A model generated the notes under the pieces. It worked only from the letters and a program-made list of their open reading frames with translations, was not told where the DNA came from and did not search any database. Below, piece after piece: positions 60,761 to 64,000 of a stretch of 64,000 bases of DNA. The stretch spans positions 29,202,001 to 29,266,000 of the forward strand of contig NC_043003.1 of assembly GCF_006345805.1 (NCBI RefSeq), in the 5' to 3' direction. Within the stretch, counting starts at the first letter, position 1. Every line of letters starts with the position of its first letter. The translations under genes were made by a program, and so were the position numbers. This DNA is from Octopus sinensis. Taxonomy: Eukaryota.

Positions 60761-62952
60761 AGTCTACTTCTCCAGACCTGAAATGGGGCAGACAGAATTC
60801 ATTGAAGCAGATTTTTATGACCCTTCTTATAGCCAACTTTCACCTGTTGCCCTGTTTCCAAGCCAAGATAATATTTCCCCATGGTTAGAAATGCTTTTCA
60901 TGGAAGATTGGACATCACTATATCATGCTGACACTCATTTACAATCATCGCTTGTCAGAACAAGGAGATTGGTGACCAGTCACAAACACAAAATGTCATT
61001 GTCAAAAGTATGAATTTTACATCATGTACTGTAATTTTCTTGTCTGAAATATGAACAATTACACAGTCTATCTGAAATAGAACAAATGTGAAATATAGTG
61101 CTTATATAACATAGTTTATGTTAAATTTATGCTTTCATACTTTATTTCAGTGTACTGTTACTGCATTATTTTCGCATTCACATAAGGCAGCAAGCCAGCA
61201 GAATCATTAGCACACTGGACAAAATGCTTTGTGGTATTTCACTCATCGTTACGTTCTGAGTTCAAATTATGCCAAGTTCAGATTTGCTTTTCATCCTTTC
61301 AGAGTCAATTGAGCACTGGGGTTGATGTAATCAACTTATCCCTACCTCCCCCAAGCTCCCCTTGTGGCAAAAATTTGAAATATTTCCCCTACAAAATTTC
61401 TTTAAAATATCTTTCAGTAAGTGTATGATGGAAGATACTAAGTTTGTTTTGTACTCAAAATACACTTTTGAAATAGAGTTGTGTCTTATACACTAACAAA
61501 TACATTACTTTTTTTTTTTTTTGCTTACTTATGAAGTTATTAAAATTTTTAATCTTAGGTAATTATGCATAGCACCATTTCTTTCTTTTAGAAATCATCA
61601 GCATGACATAACTCAAGGTATCTAAATTAAACATTTTATGGAGCAAGACATTTCTTATAGATAGAAAATAATTAGTCTAGAAGAAATTGACTGGAATGTG
61701 TTTTTCCCTTTCTATTTTTTGTTGTCTTTTTCTTCATGGAATATCAATACTTTAGCAATCAAGAGAGAAAAGAGAAAAAATTCTTAGTGTCTATATACAG
61801 AGTAACTATTTGTAGGGAGTTCTACCTTGTGAAGGTGTTCTTTTAGTAGCTAATATTTTAGTTTTAACTTCAAACAAAATTTATAAGCCGTTACTGATAT
61901 CTTTGAGGTGCAGATATTCAATTCAAACTGCTACTACATAGTAGTAATCCCTTGTTATGTTGTAGAAGAGATATCTCTTTGTAGACATAACACCTCAGCT
62001 TACAGTTTACAGTTTGAATTCTCAGCCGGAGTACTTCAAGTACATGGAGTCCCACAGAAAACAATTAGTAGGAGGATGATAATCATTTCTTTGTAATATT
62101 TGGCAAGATTACAAGTTTGAATTTGAAATTTAGGAATAAGGAAGAAGTTGCATAGAATATACATTTTTTTCTTTTCTTTTTTATGAATATGAAGTTCTTG
62201 AAATTTCTAATTTTAGGAAATGGACTTATTAGATATGTCTAATATATACTTTACATGAAGATGTATGGTCTAATGATTATGATGTTACACTCATAATCAC
62301 AATATCATAGTTTCGATTCCTGTACCAAGTGGTGAATTTTGTCCTTGAGCAATACACTTCATTTCACATTGCTCCAGTATGTACCTGTATCTCCTTGTTC
62401 TGACATGTGATGATTGTAAATGAGTGTCAGCATGATACAGTGATGTCCAATCTTCCATGAAAAGCATTTCTAACCATGGGGAAATATTATTTTGGCTTGG
62501 AAACAGGGCAACAGGTGAAGGTTGGTGAATGAAATGTATAGCACCATTTCATTCTTTATAGAAATCATCATCATGACAAAATGCAAGGTATATAAATTAA
62601 ATATTCTATGAAACGAAAAATTTCCTAAAGATGGAAAATAATTATGGTCTAAAAGAAATTCACAGAATGTGTTTTTACCTGTTACCTTTTTCTTTTATTT
62701 TTCTTCATAAAGCTTTAGTTGGAGAAAATTCTTAGTGTCTACATAGAGAGTAACTTCTTCCAGGGAGTTCTACCTTGTGAAGGTATTCTTAGAGTAGCTA
62801 ATATTTTAGTTTTAACTATGAATAAAATTCACAAGCCACTTAACAAGAGATCTTCATAAATTAGCCAAAACTCTTCCTAAATTAACATAAAATCTTCATA
62901 AATTCACACAAAAAAAACTGGTTCTGATATCTTTCCTGGAACTTCTATTCAG

Positions 62953-63080
62953 ATGTATCGGCATCAACTTCAGGAGGTGAGTCTTTGGCAAACACTTCAG
63001 CATCTGAACACCGGAAGCGAGCATCATTGACAAACTTTGTACTCAATGAGGAAACGGACAATTCTTACCATCAAGGAAAA
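62953..63080 (+). CDS. Probable coding exon 6 (NVSASTSGGESLANTSASEHRKRASLTNFVLNEETDNSYHQGK)
   Basis: acttctattcag acceptor, open in the phase (1) left by exon 5, donor AAA|gtaagt. An internal GAG|gtgagt donor also exists after 62976. Intervening exons in the 22 kb gap cannot be excluded. Confidence 0.55.
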
Positions 63081-63880
63081 AGTAAGTGATTATTGACATC
63101 TTCTTCACTATTTTCTTTATTCTTTTCCTGGTCTTACCTGTTGGTTTGCAGCCTTGCTGGGTCACTCTTTTTAAAAGTTTTAGTTAATATGTTGACACTA
63201 GTATGTATTTTAGTCTGCTTGCTTGATGTTTTAACAATTGTCTAAAGTTATAAAGCTTGATGCCTCCATACACTTTGAGATGCACACTCACACACACATA
63301 CATGCATGCATTTATTAGATATGTCTAATATATACTTTACATGAAGATGCATGGCCTAATGGTTATGATGTTACACTCTCAATCACAATATCATAGTTTC
63401 AATTCCTGTACCAAGTGGTGAATTTTGTTCTTGAGCAATACACTTCATTTCACATTGCTCCAGTTCACTCAGTTGTAAATGAGTTATTCTGTGATAGACT
63501 AGCGTCCTATCCCTTAGGAATGTTGTGATCTCAATCACTTATACGCCATGGAAGACAAGTAACCAGCCCTGTGAGTCCTAAGACTTGAAATCATGTGTAG
63601 GAGTTGATGATGATGATGATTATGAATATATTCTTTGGTGGTATGGCTAAGTGAAGAACCATGGTAGGTAGTATGGCAAAACAAAGGACTGCAGTATGTC
63701 ACATGGCACAGTCTGTCTGTCTAGGAGGACAGCAACTCCAAAGAGGAACTGATACCAGGTAGAGATGTCTCTTCAGTTTTGCTTTGATGGAACCAACCTT
63801 TTTTAGTGCTAATGGTTATAAGATGTACCCTGTACATTCTGAAAGTAGTTAGTGATAGGATAAATATCCAGCCTTAGTGA

Positions 63881-64000
63881 GGGCGCGTGGCTTAGTGGTT
63901 AGGGCATTCGGCTCATGATCGTAAGGTTGTGAGTTCGATTCCCGGCGACGCGTTGTGTCCTTGAGCAAGACACTTTATTTCACGTTGCTCCAGTCCACTC
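63881..64000 (+). mobile_element. SINE family E head (runs off the window)
   Basis: gggcgcgtggcttagtggttagggc...gagttcgattcccgg...gtgtccttgagcaagacactttatttcacg. Confidence 0.8.

Noticed and set aside
61985-62067. Candidate extra exon (ITPQLTVYSLNSQPEYFKYMESHRKQL)
   Set aside because: The acceptor is plausible, but the donor (gtagga) is weak and its phase does not fit the full exon 6; it needs RNA evidence.
63881-63950. Possible tRNA gene (also 1218 and 12488)
   Set aside because: A/B boxes continue straight into multi-copy SINE bodies and no complete acceptor stem is evident; these are SINE heads.

Overview
AT-rich, microsatellite-saturated eukaryotic DNA. The repeat families (tRNA-derived SINEs, RTE LINE 3' ends with (GAT)n tails) suggest an octopus or related coleoid cephalopod; this is inference. 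One spliced host gene is supported on the + strand: six phase-compatible coding exons (19752-63080, 364 codons, open at the 3' end) encoding a Rap1/TERF2IP-type Myb domain followed by acidic/basic low-complexity sequence. Everything else recognisable is mobile DNA: (1) a decayed L1/Tx1-clade LINE plus two TSD-flanked ORF1-only relatives with no ORF2 (HAL1-like); (2) a 4.7 kb frameshifted RTE LINE whose 3' UTR has become a higher-order tandem array; (3) a 9.4 kb head-to-tail array of composite non-autonomous Helitrons carrying a piggyBac transposase fragment; (4) mariner/Tc1 relics, several MITEs and many SINEs; (5) several (TA)n-embedded short repeats with hammerhead-ribozyme-like folds. Most ORFs in the supplied track are microsatellite artefacts. 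All alignments and folds were done by eye, and coordinates of decayed elements are approximate.
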